NCBI GenBank assembly: GCA_040285855.1
Contig: JAUFOQ010000003.1
Span: forward strand, 1,054,001-1,118,000
Direction of reading: 5' to 3'
Source: Eukaryota sp. GEM-RC1
Taxonomy: Eukaryota
DNA length: 64,000 nucleotides
Of this stretch, positions 23,634 to 36,445 are shown one piece after another. Numbering within the stretch: position 1 is the first letter of the stretch; every line of letters begins with the position of its first letter. The position numbers were made by a program, and so were the translations under genes. The notes beneath the pieces are model-generated. The model searched no databases. It was not told the origin of the DNA and saw nothing but the letters and a program-made list of their open reading frames with translations.

Positions 23634-23655
23634 ACGATTACTCTCGTCGGTTATT
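23480..23655 (+). ncRNA. Candidate Fanzor omegaRNA scaffold plus guide
   Basis: GC-rich stem-loop ttagct-ggctgg-tgaaac-ccggcc-atattt-ggttaa (23511-23546) just after the stop codon. A second hairpin cttcaa-gtcaaaa-ttgaag lies at ~23598-23616. The position is typical for Fanzor omegaRNA; boundaries are unknown. Confidence 0.45.
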
Positions 23656-23799
23656 AAGTTTGGTCTTCATATGAAAAGTCAATAAGTAACAATTCGTTGC
23701 ATCCATCCATTTACTGATTTACAATTTTAGAGAAGTCGGTGAAGAACTTTTTTTAGGTAACACTATTTATGTTTATTGACAACAACACTGTGAAGAACA

Positions 23800-24500
23800 C
23801 TAAAAGTATTTCCTTCTGTTTTTATCCATATGATGAATAATGTTGCCCCCGTATTAATGTGCTTTGGAGGTTATTGTGAAGACATTGTAATAGCCAAAAA
23901 TTTTAATTTGTCTTTGTGGCAACAGTTGTACAGCCACCTTTCGACATGTTGTGAGTCGAAGGAATTTTTTTTCAATGGTGATCTGTTTTACACAATGCTG
24001 TTCGTGATGTTACTTATGAAATGTTCAAATCTTAACCTAGTTGTAAAATTGAACCTCTTCTGGAAAAGATAGTGACAACCTCGGATCGATTCACTTCGTG
24101 GTGACCTAATTGCTCCTTTCCTGGATTCATCTCAAGTTGTGGTTGATTTTACTGAAGTTGACCCCTTTGCAAAAGTCTACAAAGACTCCATTTTAAATGA
24201 TTCAAATGGTCTTCTTGTAAAGGATGAACATCGTAAGTGATTTGCCTATGATGATACTTTGAAGAAACTTAATGAACACTTTAATTATAACTTTTCATTT
24301 GTTGCATTTGCAATTTCATCTTTTGGTGATGTTGCTCCAGTAGATTTCAAATTATTTGGTTGTTTATATTTTTGTGAGAACGGTCTTTAATGGTTCTACA
24401 TGATTAATCGAATCGAATAGTGGTTGATGTCTATAATAAAAACTAAACTTATCTATTTAGACTATTTAGAGATTCAAAATCAATATCAAAATTGACCGAA
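23800..24500 (+). mobile_element. Degenerate RLE non-LTR fragment (paralog of 12130-12830)
   Basis: RGDLIAPFLDSSQVVVDFTEVDPF at ~24098-24168, with stops; lies within the duplication. Confidence 0.65.
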
Positions 24501-25426
24501 CTCGTAACTCCATTTGTCAAAATATGTATATTTGAATCAGTATTCAAAATCTCATTATAAATTCGTTGCCAGCTTTTCAGAGTCATCAGTGTTGGTTTTT
24601 GTAACGTTCATCTCTACTTAGTGAAATTGTCATTTGATTGTAAAAATCGACAAAATACAACTTTGGTTAATGTGGTGGATGTTAGGTTCGGTTCAACACG
24701 TGTTGCAAAAATTTTGAACAGGAGAACAGAATAACTGACTTTAAGATCAACCAACGAAAAAACACATCTTCTTTTCACTCATGTTACACCCGAACCAAGT
24801 TGATAAACTGGAACTGACTTTCAATGATTCCAGAACTGATAACATGAAGAGCTCATCAATAATCCATACATTTAAGTAAACTTTGGAGTACACTTGAATT
24901 TTCTACTTTTATTCAATTCAGTTGAATCAAGTACAGCAGAACTTTACCCAAATTCATTGAAGTGACATAGAAGAATGACATAAGGCGGCTCCGAACATAG
25001 GGTGGATGTGTTTTCACAGAATCTGTTTGTTCCTCACATTCTATAATAACATAAGTATAAAGAACGAAATATATATATACCTTTGAATTTGTCTTCAATC
25101 TCAGTTCCTGGAATCTTTCGAATTTTTATAATCTCACTATCACCAATCACATTAATTGCTTCTACTACAGAGTTAGTTGTCAAGACTTGATTTGTCATTT
25201 CTAAATCAACAGCCACATGAGACATGACTCCAACTGTTTCGTATGATCTCGAAATAGGAGTAGTCATTGATTCACATTTATCTTTTAATTCCATAATCTC
25301 ATCTGTGTGCCTTTAACTAAAAAAAGTCATTTTTTGTTTAATTGTTTACTCAAACAAATCACACAAATGAAATACTACTTTTCATTAATTTAATTGGAGA
25401 AGAAAGAGTTTATTTGCAACAATAAA

Positions 25427-25663
25427 TTAATACATACGTTTCTTGCAACTAACAACATGACGAAATGTGGCTGTAGATCGGTTATCGCAAACACAGATTG
25501 AATTATTTAGCAAACCACTAGGGAATAAACCTAAACGAAGACGCATATTTTGCTTCCAAGCATCATTGTTCAAATGTAAACCAAAAGGTCTAGGTTGTTG
25601 AGTGATGAAGCTAGAACATTGTTGAATGTCACATAAAAAAAGCTGCAAAGACGGGATTATCAA
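25427..25663 (-). mobile_element. RLE non-LTR fragment (Zn knuckle region)
   Basis: WKQNMRLRLGLFP...CVCD...FRHVVSC, same family as 16745-17667. Confidence 0.65.
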
Positions 25664-26770
25664 TCTTAGTCACACTAAGTCTTTTACTGAAATCCAAGTC
25701 TTCCAACCCAAGTAATGTAGCATTCTGTAACTAAAAACACTTGTCGATGATATGTAAATTCCTTTGTTCTTCTTCTTTAAATTTCGTCTGGAAATTTAGT
25801 TTCAGCATAACGTTTACTTTTCTATACCATTTGATGTCCTTTTAGTTGAGTATTTTCGATTTTAATGCTACGAAACATTTTATTTTTGAAAAGTATCATT
25901 TTTGTGTTTAATCATTAAAATCTCTCTTCCTAATTGAATCAATTGATTCATTTTATCATACTTTACATTAGATGTAATGCCAATAGGAATAACATCGTTC
26001 TCAGTGAGGATAATACATAAGTATTTAAGTTCCGTATATTCCAAGTGGTACAGAGACAGGTCTCGTGTTGCTGTGGAGAATGACACGTCTTACATACACT
26101 GAAGCAATATCTATTGATCTATTGTTGCAAATCAAGTTGTTCAATTTCTGTTTAATTTTGTAGCCGATTATTCAAAAAGAAAGGAATAAAAACTTTCATT
26201 TTCCTTTTGTGTGATCTATTCTTCTGTTTGATTGAAAACAGTTTGAAATCAAGCACGTGAAGCTTGCTTTGGACATGAATCTTATTGATATACATGTATT
26301 TTTACTTTAACCTAGAGAATGTTTGTTATTAGTCAATCTTCAGAATCATAACTTTTTTTTTGAGTAGTGGTTATGACCAAGTTGAACCAACTCTGAAGAG
26401 GTGGAGAGATTGCCGTTGTACCACTACCCCCAGCCAATTTCAATGTGATCAAACCAAAACCTGCAAGGCTGTTGATAGGCACCAAATCCCATGCCTCCAC
26501 GTTCAAAATTCATCCAAAGGGAAATGGTTCTGTCTCTCCACTTTTCTGTATCTACTGGACACCACTGTTCTCAAACTTCATTCACTCTTCTCTTCAACTA
26601 CATGCTTTATTGACATAAAAATATAAAACTAATATACTCTACATGAGAATCCGGCCAAGTGGTGATGGTTCTCCAACATAGTTGGGGAAATCCCATTCCT
26701 CCATCAGTTTTTCCTCGCATTTGGACGGTTTGTTATCATCATCTTCAACAACATCCTCGTTTTCATGCGC

Positions 26771-27300
26771 TTATGATTCACATCCTCCATCTATCTCACC
26801 CAAAGAAATCATCAACTTGTCGGATATGTCTTGTTCATATTCTTTACGTGCCTTTTTTCTTCCATGAAGGTTAGATCTATAGCGTTTCTTCTTTCTCCTA
26901 CCAGTTTTCTTTGAATATAAAAGTGGTAATGTTCTCTTCAAGTGTTCCATGTCCTCACTTAATTGTATGGGATATAAAATTCCATAGCGATAGGCTTCTC
27001 GATAGTCGTTATTGGTGAAAAACTCAGAAGCAGAGGACTTTTGGTACACAGCAAAGTCAGGACAGGAAAATCCCAAGCGTTTTCTGCATGCAAACATGAC
27101 AATTTGGCACGATAAGCCTCCATATAAAAGTCATAGTCATATAGGAATGATTCTAATAACAGGGATTTGGGGACTTCGAAGAGAGCTTGAATTGATTTCA
27201 AACAAACATGCAAAAACACCCCAAAAAACACATCAAAGACACCGTGTGGACACGACATTTAACACCGACATTGCTGTAGATATCTACAGGCTAACATTAA
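26771..27300 (-). pseudogene. Possible MULE/Mutator transposase C-terminal remnant
   Basis: Degenerate SWIM-like C.YLQQ..CPH and Y..AY...P.....P......GRRKKKR tail, with several frameshifts. Confidence 0.35.
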
Positions 27301-27779
27301 GAAGATGTCAACGAAGAATTCATTGCTTTTTTCCTTTGTATAAGGAATGACGCGTCAAGATTGGTTGCTAATGGGTTGGGTGGGTGGGTGGCTAGTTGTT
27401 TCAAGCTATCAATGTATGATATCAATTGTACTAACTGTAGGCAAGCAGAGGCTGATATGGGAACCTCACGCTGAAAAAGGGAAACCCCCAAGTGAGATCT
27501 TGCCGAATCACCCATTATGTTTATGTTGTATGCGAGGAGTAGAAGGAAGTAGCTTTATATAGCTGTTTAGGATGGATAGAAACATCCACTTTTTGAGTTA
27601 TCATAACTGAAAAGATTTAGTCTCAAGATAAATAGAAGCCTTTCCAGTTACTTCATCTGTTGATGTGAATGATCCAGTATCTACACTAAGAGGAACTTTA
27701 GTGACTTCAACGGAATTTCTTCCAACAGTCAAATGTCTACAATTTCTTTTTATTTGCATCCAATCCACTTTTTTTTTTC

Positions 27780-30700
27780 ATGGATGTAACTGTTCTACTG
27801 GGAAGCTGCAACGTTCCAACTACAGAATATCCCCTACGACTCTCTCTCCTCCTCCTCCCGTCTACTCATCTTCCCATCTCTTTCACTCTTCAAAACAGCG
27901 TAACTGAAGGTCTACTTGGAGTATTTTCATCCATCGATTCTTGTCTCCTCTCTCATGTTGTATTAGTCATTGAGAATTGTATCAGGTTCAGAGATCTGCC
28001 TGTTTATGTTCCTTTTGCCATAGGATCTGTTGCCTTCAGTTTGGAGTCCCTCGATATTCCTTGTTTCCAAGATATCCAAATTGAAAACTTCTCTTTCAGA
28101 TCTTTGTGATTCTGTCATTTCAACTAACTCATTGGACTACATTGAATCGAAAACCTTTTGTACACTTAACTTCATCTTAGAATCTTCCGAGCCATACCTT
28201 TTCCCTTTAAATCCCATGGTTTCGCTACCTACATCATCTACTCTTCCCCTGAATTCAGATTTAGTTAAATGTCAGCGGAATGTTTTGTTGGTAGATTATC
28301 ATAGTTTTATTCTAGATAAGAATTATTCGGGATATTATACGGTGAAGGTCGCAATAACTATCTCAAAACCTGCCCTTAATGTCTTTAACCGCCCAATACC
28401 TTGTCTTTATTGTTCTACAGATGGTTCTCAATCATCATCACGTCATCTCACGTCACCTTTGATTAAATATGATCCAGTCGGAAAGAGTTTTACTCCAAAT
28501 TCTAGGCAAGTTCCTTTCAAGTTCAAATACTGTGTTGAGCTTAATGTTTTATTGGAATTTCTTCAAAAATTTGAATTATCTGAGTTTAGTCTGTCAAATG
28601 AACTTGTCTATCTGGGGAACAAGAAATCAAAGTTACCAGATCTTGACAATGCAGTTATACAGAGTTTTCAATCACAGTCGTTTTCATTGTCGGAATTGGA
28701 AGGTTTTCAATCAAAGTATTACAAAGACCGTGAAATCCAATTGAGTTCAGGTGTTTCTGAAGAGGATTCGGACTTAATGAACGTTGTCAATACACGTATT
28801 GTTGCTGATTTCTTTCTTTTGTCCACTCATTTTTGTCCAATCTACGAGTTTCAATTAGTCTGGCAGGGTTATCGATCTTTACTCAATGACAATCAATCAG
28901 CATCAGACATTGTCGACAATCTCAAAGTAATTCTTGAAGGACTTGTTCAATTTAGAAAGTTTGATGTGAGTAATCAACCACTAGAATCTTTTTGGAATTG
29001 GATTCCTCAAATATTTAATATTTTCTTCTATATTGGATCTATTCAGTTTAAACCAGTTGCAGAACCCCTTTTGACGTTATTAGCTTCCGTTTTAGGTGAC
29101 TCGACTCTCATAGATTTTGTTTTGAATGAATTTCTTCTTTTTGCAAATTGTCCTTTATTTAAGTTAATTCAAACAGATTTTCCAGATTTGTTTCATTTGA
29201 TTTCTGATTCGAAATTACCTACAAGTCCGTCTCATCTATATTCTCTACATTTTTCAAATTTTCTTGCGCGATTTTTAGAGATGAATTCTTGTAGATTTTC
29301 TAAATTTTCATCTCGACAGTGCCAACTTGCTATTGTTGTCATTAATAGAATTCTTCCAATACTCACTGCTCACGATCATAGTCTCTCAATTGAATTAATT
29401 CAATTTTTTGAACATATTTCATCGTTTGTTCCTCATTGTATTGTTATATCGAATTCTGAAAGCAAAAACATTGTTAATTTAATTCTTGAACTGAACTTCT
29501 TTCTTATACTTTTCCTAGTTGAATCACCAACTATTTGGTCGATCCTACCTGATTGTTATTTCCTCCTTCCTAAATTAGTTTCACCATTTCTTGATTGTAT
29601 GTCTCTTGAAAGTTTCAATATTAAAGAGGTTTTCGAGTATTTATTGAAGTTCTTTACGAAACTAAAAGATATTCAGTTTTCCTCAATCAATTCAGCTTAC
29701 CAACAATTCATTTTGACCAAATTTGTTCCTCAGATTTTTACTCAAATATCTACTCTTGAACACCTTCAAACAGTTTCCAGTAAGTCACTACTGTCAAAGC
29801 TTATTTTGGCAATGATTGATGTCGTTGAGATCAACATGCAGTTGTTTACTAGTTCTATCTCTAATTATTTAATGAATATACTTCAATTCGTTTATATCCC
29901 GCACAGTTTCTTCTTGGATAATGTTAAAGACTTTTATTTATCTACTCGTGATTACTGCTTTACTACATCAGATGACGTTGATGTTTCTACAGTTCTTGAT
30001 GCCACGTGTCAGTTTCAGTTGAAGCACGTCAGCATTATTAACAAGATTTTATCACTTTCTGCTAAATTCCAAAAAGAATTCGGTTTTAAACCCTCTTTTT
30101 GTCCTAATGACAGCTCAGCTTTTCTTTGTGATTATGTTCTCTTTTTGATTCAAAAACTTCTTAAATCAGAGATTGACCATTTCCACCTTCTTCTTTCAAG
30201 TTTCTTGTCATTTATCATTTGCAACATATCCCATCTTTCAATCACCAGACCATCCTTTTGTCCTGTTTCTCCTCTCTCTTCAAAGTTGTTCGATGTTGCC
30301 TCACAGAATCCTCACAGTATCATATTGTACTCATCCCTGTCTCTCTTTGCCAAGATTTCTCTTAAGAAGTCTGCCATTCTGAATCCTCAACTTCTTTCTT
30401 CTTTTTCTTTCCTATTTCCTGTTCTTGTTTCTGTTACACCTCCGTTGTCTGTTTGCACGTGTTATCACGAATCTTCTTTTATATCTGAATTGTTGTTTAG
30501 AAACATTTTCCATTATCTTTCTCAGCCTGAAGTTCCCTTGGATGACGTTTCTTTCTGCAAGGATTTATTAGTGGACTTGATCTTCCATTTGTCCTTTTCT
30601 AAGGGACATACTACTACAGAATCTCTGGCAAATCTAGAGAAAAAACTTCCCTTTTGGTGTTTTGATTTGCTGTTGAAAGTGTTTACTGACTTGTCGTATG

Positions 30701-31526
30701 ATCAAATTTCTCAGTTATCCTTGAATCTGTCAATTATTCAATCCGGTATCGATCACGACATCTTTCCTGTTACATTTTCAAAAGAATCGAAACCTTCTTT
30801 TCAAATATTTCAAATATTTGTACAAATCGTCTCCATACGTGCAATCTACAACAGTTACTTTCTACAGATCCCAAACGACTCTCTTCGAACTTTTGGTCTT
30901 TTACATTCCTTCTAAAGTCGTGCTGGAATGTTCAGTCTACTGCCAAAGATTTAAAGCTTCTTGTTGAATGTTTAGTTCACTTTGGTTGGATACGAGAAGC
31001 AGTATTTGCTTTAGAATCATTTCTATTGTCATGGAGCTTCGACCTGGAAGCTTTTGATCAGTTGATTGATCTCTATCAGTCTTCTAATCAAATCACAAGG
31101 GCACAAAAATTCTTAGTTAACTTTAAATCTAGGCTAAATGACAATGTTCCACCTCAAGTTGGTCAAACTTTGGATCTATTCCACTCCAAAAACTCTTCAG
31201 AAAAAGATCTTCATCCTTTCATCATTGGAATTTCAATGTCTCAGAACTCAATGGAAGCAGTTTTTGGCACTTCTTGCAGCTGTACTCTTGTATTTTTAAA
31301 ATATTGGTCAGAGTCTTGTGTTGAGGATGATCGAGCTCTACGGTCAATGATTGAATCGGATTTTCCAATATTTGAGACAGTTCCTTTTGAAATATTAAAT
31401 AGTGTTGAAATTCAAAATATTGCTTTTAAATTGGGAGAACCCTCTAGAATTGAGTTCAACGAGACTGAAGTTCTTGTTGTAGGATTTCCTTTTCCCGTCT
31501 GTTTATTGTGTAAAATATTTTCTTAA
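27780..31526 (+). CDS. Large helical protein of unknown function, split by apparent homopolymer frameshifts (~28095, ~30912)
   Basis: Three consecutive same-strand ORFs (109, 961, 166 aa) with host codon usage; no diagnostic motif. Confidence 0.55.
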
Positions 31527-31550
31527 TTAATTTTATTAATTACAATTAGT

Positions 31551-31625
31551 TACAAATGTTGTAGTTACAAATGTTGTCATTACAAATGTTGTATCACCAA
31601 ATGTTGTAGTTACAAATGTTGTACA
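31551..31625. repeat. 15-bp minisatellite, ~5 units (tacaaatgttgtagt)
   Basis: Visible directly. Confidence 0.85.
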
Positions 31626-33299
31626 TGTAGTTATAACTTGGTGTCTTCTGATGCATGAAGCTACAGAGGATTGATGTCGTTGACCTTAGTCTCATTCCAG
31701 ATAGCATCCTGACGAAGTTGTTGAAATTCTTCGCCATCTAGAAGAAGGTCCCAGTTTGTTAAAGTAAAGGGCATGTATTGAGGTGCAATTATTTGTGTGC
31801 AGGCAATTCAGAATTTGATCTGACTCCTATAAATACAACTGCAATTGGTCAGTTTGGTACATTGTACTGTCTACAAACACATCATTAGCTTCTTGTAGAT
31901 GATAATGAGTTACCTCAGTCTGAGTTCATTATCATGTTTTGAGTTGCTATACAAAAATACAGTCAAAAATGACTGAAGACACAGCAGTGTATTACACGAT
32001 CAGAGTTGTAGCAAACCAGCAGAGTTGTAGCAAACCTTAGTGTTTTCCTTTTAAAGGATAAGATGTCAATGTGATGTATGTGTTGTAGGATGTTTGTACA
32101 ACGTTGAGTTTATTCATGACATGGTTGAACACGGTTCACAATTCTAAGAACGAATACATGCAAACACGTCTCTATCTTGAAAGAAGCTCAACACTGGATA
32201 TCAAAAGACGTATGGAATCAAAGAAGGTATAAGAGTATCAGTTTGGGCATATGTGGTTATGGGGTGAAGAGTTTCTGGGGTAAAATGATTTTGGGGAGTA
32301 CTCTGCTGTGCTTTTCACAAGAGATCCTTAATTGACATTTTCACTCCCAATTTTGGACCCAATTTTTTCATTCCTTCGTTTAGTGTTTCCACAACACTTT
32401 TCATTGGATGACCATAAACAACACGTTTGTGTCTTTTATAGTTCTCTACACACACTATATCCTTGCTTGCGGATGCTCTTGCTTCCTTTCTTCGTGTTGA
32501 TTCAACCTCTTGTTGAAATGAAATGCCACAAACTGTGACAGATCATCTTTTACACTCCTTCCCAGTCACTGGGTTGGTCTTTGGATCGAATCATACGTTG
32601 ATTTTATTTCATCAGAACGACTCTGAAGTTGTGAAAGTCTTCTCATGCTTCATCTATGTTTTTGTATCGTCACCACCTTCTCTGCTAAGTTGTACTTTAT
32701 GGACATTATCATCATTTGGTTTGTAGATACTGAAATGTAAGGATCTTTTATGAGAGAACACGGGTGTGCAGGATCTGATAACTATTTAGCTGTAGAACTA
32801 TTTAGCGTCACTGTAGGATACGTTTCTGTATCATTTGTTTCATAAAGAATACAGTTTTTGCTTATGTTTTTCTGGTCCACTGTCTTGTATGCCTGGCACC
32901 CCAAATGAATTCAACATTTGTATCTCAAACAACATCTGTGTATAATGTATGTATTCTCCAAAATTAGTTTTTGATCAACGAACTTTTGAATAGATCTATG
33001 GAATTGTTAAAATGTGGTAAAATTACTTCCCAGACTGTTAAAGTCAAGAATTTGTTTGTATTTTTTGAAGAAGTGTTTGGGAATTAGTAATAAATTGGAT
33101 TGTCTGTGACATTCGAGTACATAATTGTGATTCACAATCTTACAATCTACTTTGTTCTCATAAAAGGAACTGAAATCTTGTAAAGCTTTGGAGATGATTA
33201 GTGGAATTGTTTTAAAAACAGTAAAAACGATACAATTCAACCACAACATTTGATCAAAACAATTGTGTGTCCGAACATAAGCAGAATATTTTCCAGAAA

Positions 33300-34227
33300 A
33301 TGGACCAACTCACACCTTCATGCTTTATCATTGATACACTTCCTGCTTCTCCTAAACACTTTGCTTCTTTCTTGGTTCAGTCATCTGATCGCTCTTCATA
33401 TGCCATTATTGAGACTAGTACTCACAAAGCCTCAATGAACACCTTGCAAACACTTCATGTTCATGAGATTCCTTTTGATCGGATATCACTCATCATTCCA
33501 ACTCATGTTCATTTGGATCATGCAGGAGGTTGTGGACTTTTATCTGCACACTTTCCTAACGCTAAAGTTGCTGCCCACGCTGCTGGCGTAAAGCATCTCG
33601 TCGATCCATCTCAGCTGAATGCTGCCGCACGTTCTGTGTATTCCGATCAGGTCATGGACGAGTCTGTTGGTGAATCCATTCCCATTTCTTCTGATAAAGT
33701 TATCTCTTTACAAGATAACCAGTTGCTAAATGTTGGAGATCTCCAATTACAGTGTATCTACACCCACGGACATGCCTATCACCATATGTGTGTCTACGAT
33801 TGTACCAACAAAGCTCTGTACGCTGGTGATGCTTTGGGATCTTTGTATGACGTGGACGGACAGTCCTTCTTGGTTTTAGGGTCAGCTCCCACACAGTTCG
33901 ATCCCAGTGTTTGGAATGAAAGTATTGATAGAATACGTGGTTTAGAGATTTCTACTGTATTTCTTACTCATTTTGGAGCTGTTTCTGACGTTGAATGGTT
34001 AATCCAATCAATTTCTGATTTGATTAAAGAACATGACGACATTGCCCGAACGAATGAGACTGATGATATTCCACAAGCTTTGACTGACTTTTTATAAGGA
34101 AAGAGCTCAGGAAGAGGGAGTTGATTGGGCAGTTTTTTATGACCGGTATGGATTTGATTTAGGTATTTCTATTCAAGGACTCCAGTACTATCGACAGAAG
34201 TTGATTCGAAAGGGCTTACTTGAGTAG
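33300..34227 (+). CDS. Metallo-beta-lactamase-fold hydrolase (bacterial-type subfamily)
   Basis: THVHLDHAGG, HLVDPSQL...ARSVY, GHAYHH, AGDALG, PTQFDP, THFG. The C-terminus (FDLGISIQGL) continues in another frame after the T-run at ~34090 to TAG at 34225-34227. Confidence 0.85.
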
Positions 34228-34750
34228 TAGCTTGTTTCTTGTACATTTTTGAATTACCTTATTGAATATATTTAAAATAAATTGAGTTTATTGAACTGAA
34301 GAAGTTGTTATGTTGAAGAAATATCACAAACTTACTCTTTCAACTTACAGTACTGTAATTGTATAATTGCATGTAGACCCAATTGTTTTACTCTTGTTCT
34401 AGAAGTCTTCGACAGAGTTGCATCAGAAGCTTTAATACTAATGTATAATATAGTTTGCTCATTTTTGGAGATGAGAATTTTCTCCCATAAACAATTACCT
34501 ACTTTCTTTTGTATACTTACAGACAAATTTTCCGTAAAAGAAATTGCCGTTTAAACATACTGTATATTGTTATCGAATCATCCTCTTTTTTATTTCCACA
34601 TAATTAGGGACAATTATGGCACAAATAAAGAAAACACAGTGTTGAGCTTATTAGTCAATAGAAATAAAGAGTCACATACTGTACTTCCCTTATTGTGCGA
34701 ATTCTTACTCTTTATATCGTCTGGACTGACTCTAGATCTGCCCTGATCAG

Positions 34751-35923
34751 ATGATTCTTGCACTACTGGTATTTGCAGCTTCCCTTGCTTTGTGCAGTCT
34801 GCCTTCCTTCAGAACGAACTTGTTCTCATCTTCTTTACTTGTACTCTCACCAATTATACTTTATCTCAACGGTTACACTGTGATCCCACTCATTTTCTGT
34901 GTACTATCATTCATTGTATTTTCTCTTTTCACTGAGTATCGTCTTCCATCTTTCCCACAATTCAAATCATCACTATTTGATCAAACCTCCGTCTCACTAT
35001 TCAAATGCTTTGTACATTTGATAACGTGTGTCTGTATTTTAGCTGTCGATTTTCGTTTATTTCCAAAGCATTTTGCCAAGTCAAATCTTCGAGGTGGGAG
35101 TCTAATGGATCTTGGTGTTGGAGCCAATGCATTTCTCCAAGGTTTAAATCCTAATTATCAGCCGAGACCAATATTGTTTTCTTTTCTTGCTCTAGTTCGA
35201 TACTATGTCATGCATTTTTTAGTTTATGATGGCAAACCTTACATGTCTGAATATGGGGTTCACTGGAACTTTTTTGCAACTTTGGCATTAATTGATGTTG
35301 TAACAGTGTTGTTGTTAAATTTACCTAAAAGACTTCAACCAAACTTCCTAGTTTTAATCATGCTGTCTTCACTTTCGTTTGTCCTATTCCTTCCAAATTT
35401 TGGTATTCTTTCAAACTTGTATCTGCAACAATCTGTTGATTCCCCTTCATTCTTTCTCCAAAACTACTCTGGAATTATTGGATCGTTTGGATTCCTCTTA
35501 ATTAGAAAGTTTGCTGCTTCACTTCGTCAGAACTTCTCTATTTATAGAGCTTCCACTGTTGTTATTCTTGCGTTCGTATTCTTTTCTGTTTCACCTCCTT
35601 CATGGAAGTTCTGTGATGGTGGATATATTTTGTGGACTTGTAGCATGTGTATGATTTCAATGGTAGTTCTATCCATGATGTCTAGTTATATTACAACAAT
35701 TCCAACAATATTTAATATTATTTCGTCAAATATGTTACAGAGCTTTCTAATTGCCAATATTCTGACAGGATTCATAAACAAAACCATAAACACCAGCGAA
35801 AGAGAGTTTTCGTCCCTTGCGATTATTATACTACAACTGTCCTATGGTTTGCTGATATGTCTTTGTAATTGGTCAATGTACAGGTGGTCACGGTGGAACA
35901 AAAGTAGAAAGCTTGTCAATTAG
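34751..35923 (+). CDS. PIGW: GPI inositol acyltransferase PIG-W/GWT1
   Basis: TCVCILAVDF..FP..FAK, SLMDLGVG, SEYGVHWNFF, FLIANILTG motifs; polytopic hydrophobic protein. Confidence 0.92.
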   Translation: MILALLVFAASLALCSLPSFRTNLFSSSLLVLSPIILYLNGYTVIPLIFCVLSFIVFSLFTEYRLPSFPQFKSSLFDQTSVSLFKCFVHLITCVCILAVDFRLFPKHFAKSNLRGGSLMDLGVGANAFLQGLNPNYQPRPILFSFLALVRYYVMHFLVYDGKPYMSEYGVHWNFFATLALIDVVTVLLLNLPKRLQPNFLVLIMLSSLSFVLFLPNFGILSNLYLQQSVDSPSFFLQNYSGIIGSFGFLLIRKFAASLRQNFSIYRASTVVILAFVFFSVSPPSWKFCDGGYILWTCSMCMISMVVLSMMSSYITTIPTIFNIISSNMLQSFLIANILTGFINKTINTSEREFSSLAIIILQLSYGLLICLCNWSMYRWSRWNKSRKLVN

Positions 35924-36445
35924 GTCTTGAATCCGTTCTTTATCTTTCTGCCGCTCATGCTTGTTCCGCTGTATTAACCTAGTCAATCTAGATTTGAGAA
36001 CGTCATCAGAGTTGCTTGGTACTGGAACAGGAGCTGATTGTAGTCGTTGTGATAGTCTTGAGTTTTCTTGAGCTAAACGTGTGTTTTCAGTGCGAAGTTG
36101 CTGGACTTCTTCTAGTAGTTGTTGGTATTCCGCTGCAGGATCTACATCTTCGTCTGATAAAAGGTTTGCAATAGAAGAGCGTATGGCAGGAGGTGCAGAA
36201 GAAGTAGAATAATCTTGGGAGTGAGAGTTGTCCGGTGATATAAAGTCATATGTTTCATGTTTGAATTGATCAACACGGCAATTGGATTTGGAAGAGTAAT
36301 GAGAGTGAGTGGAAAGCAAACCTTCATCTTCAGAAGAAGGGTTTGAAAGTGATCCAAGAAGAAGTTCTAGGTCCGAATCACTATGATGTTGGGGTGCTGG
36401 TGATTTTAAGATAACCATTTGATGGAGATCATCAACGGAAGCCAT
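35888..36445 (-). CDS. Small S-rich/coiled-coil protein of unknown function
   Basis: 185-aa ATG ORF with a heptad segment LLEEVQQLRTENTRLAQENSRLSQRL. Confidence 0.6.
   Translation of the reverse strand: MASVDDLHQMVILKSPAPQHHSDSDLELLLGSLSNPSSEDEGLLSTHSHYSSKSNCRVDQFKHETYDFISPDNSHSQDYSTSSAPPAIRSSIANLLSDEDVDPAAEYQQLLEEVQQLRTENTRLAQENSRLSQRLQSAPVPVPSNSDDVLKSRLTRLIQRNKHERQKDKERIQDLIDKLSTFVPP

Larger units (their letters stand above)
18184..26250. repeat. Tandem segmental duplication, copy 2 (expanded by micro-MITE, Fanzor element and other insertions)
   Basis: Collinear with 10345-13590. Confidence 0.9.

Noticed and set aside
23598..23640. Helitron 3' end
   Set aside because: A hairpin exists but is AT-rich, and there is no CTRR terminus or 5' TC at the inferred ends.
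31551..31625. CRISPR-like array
   Set aside because: 15-bp head-to-tail units with no unique spacers; eukaryotic context; no cas genes.
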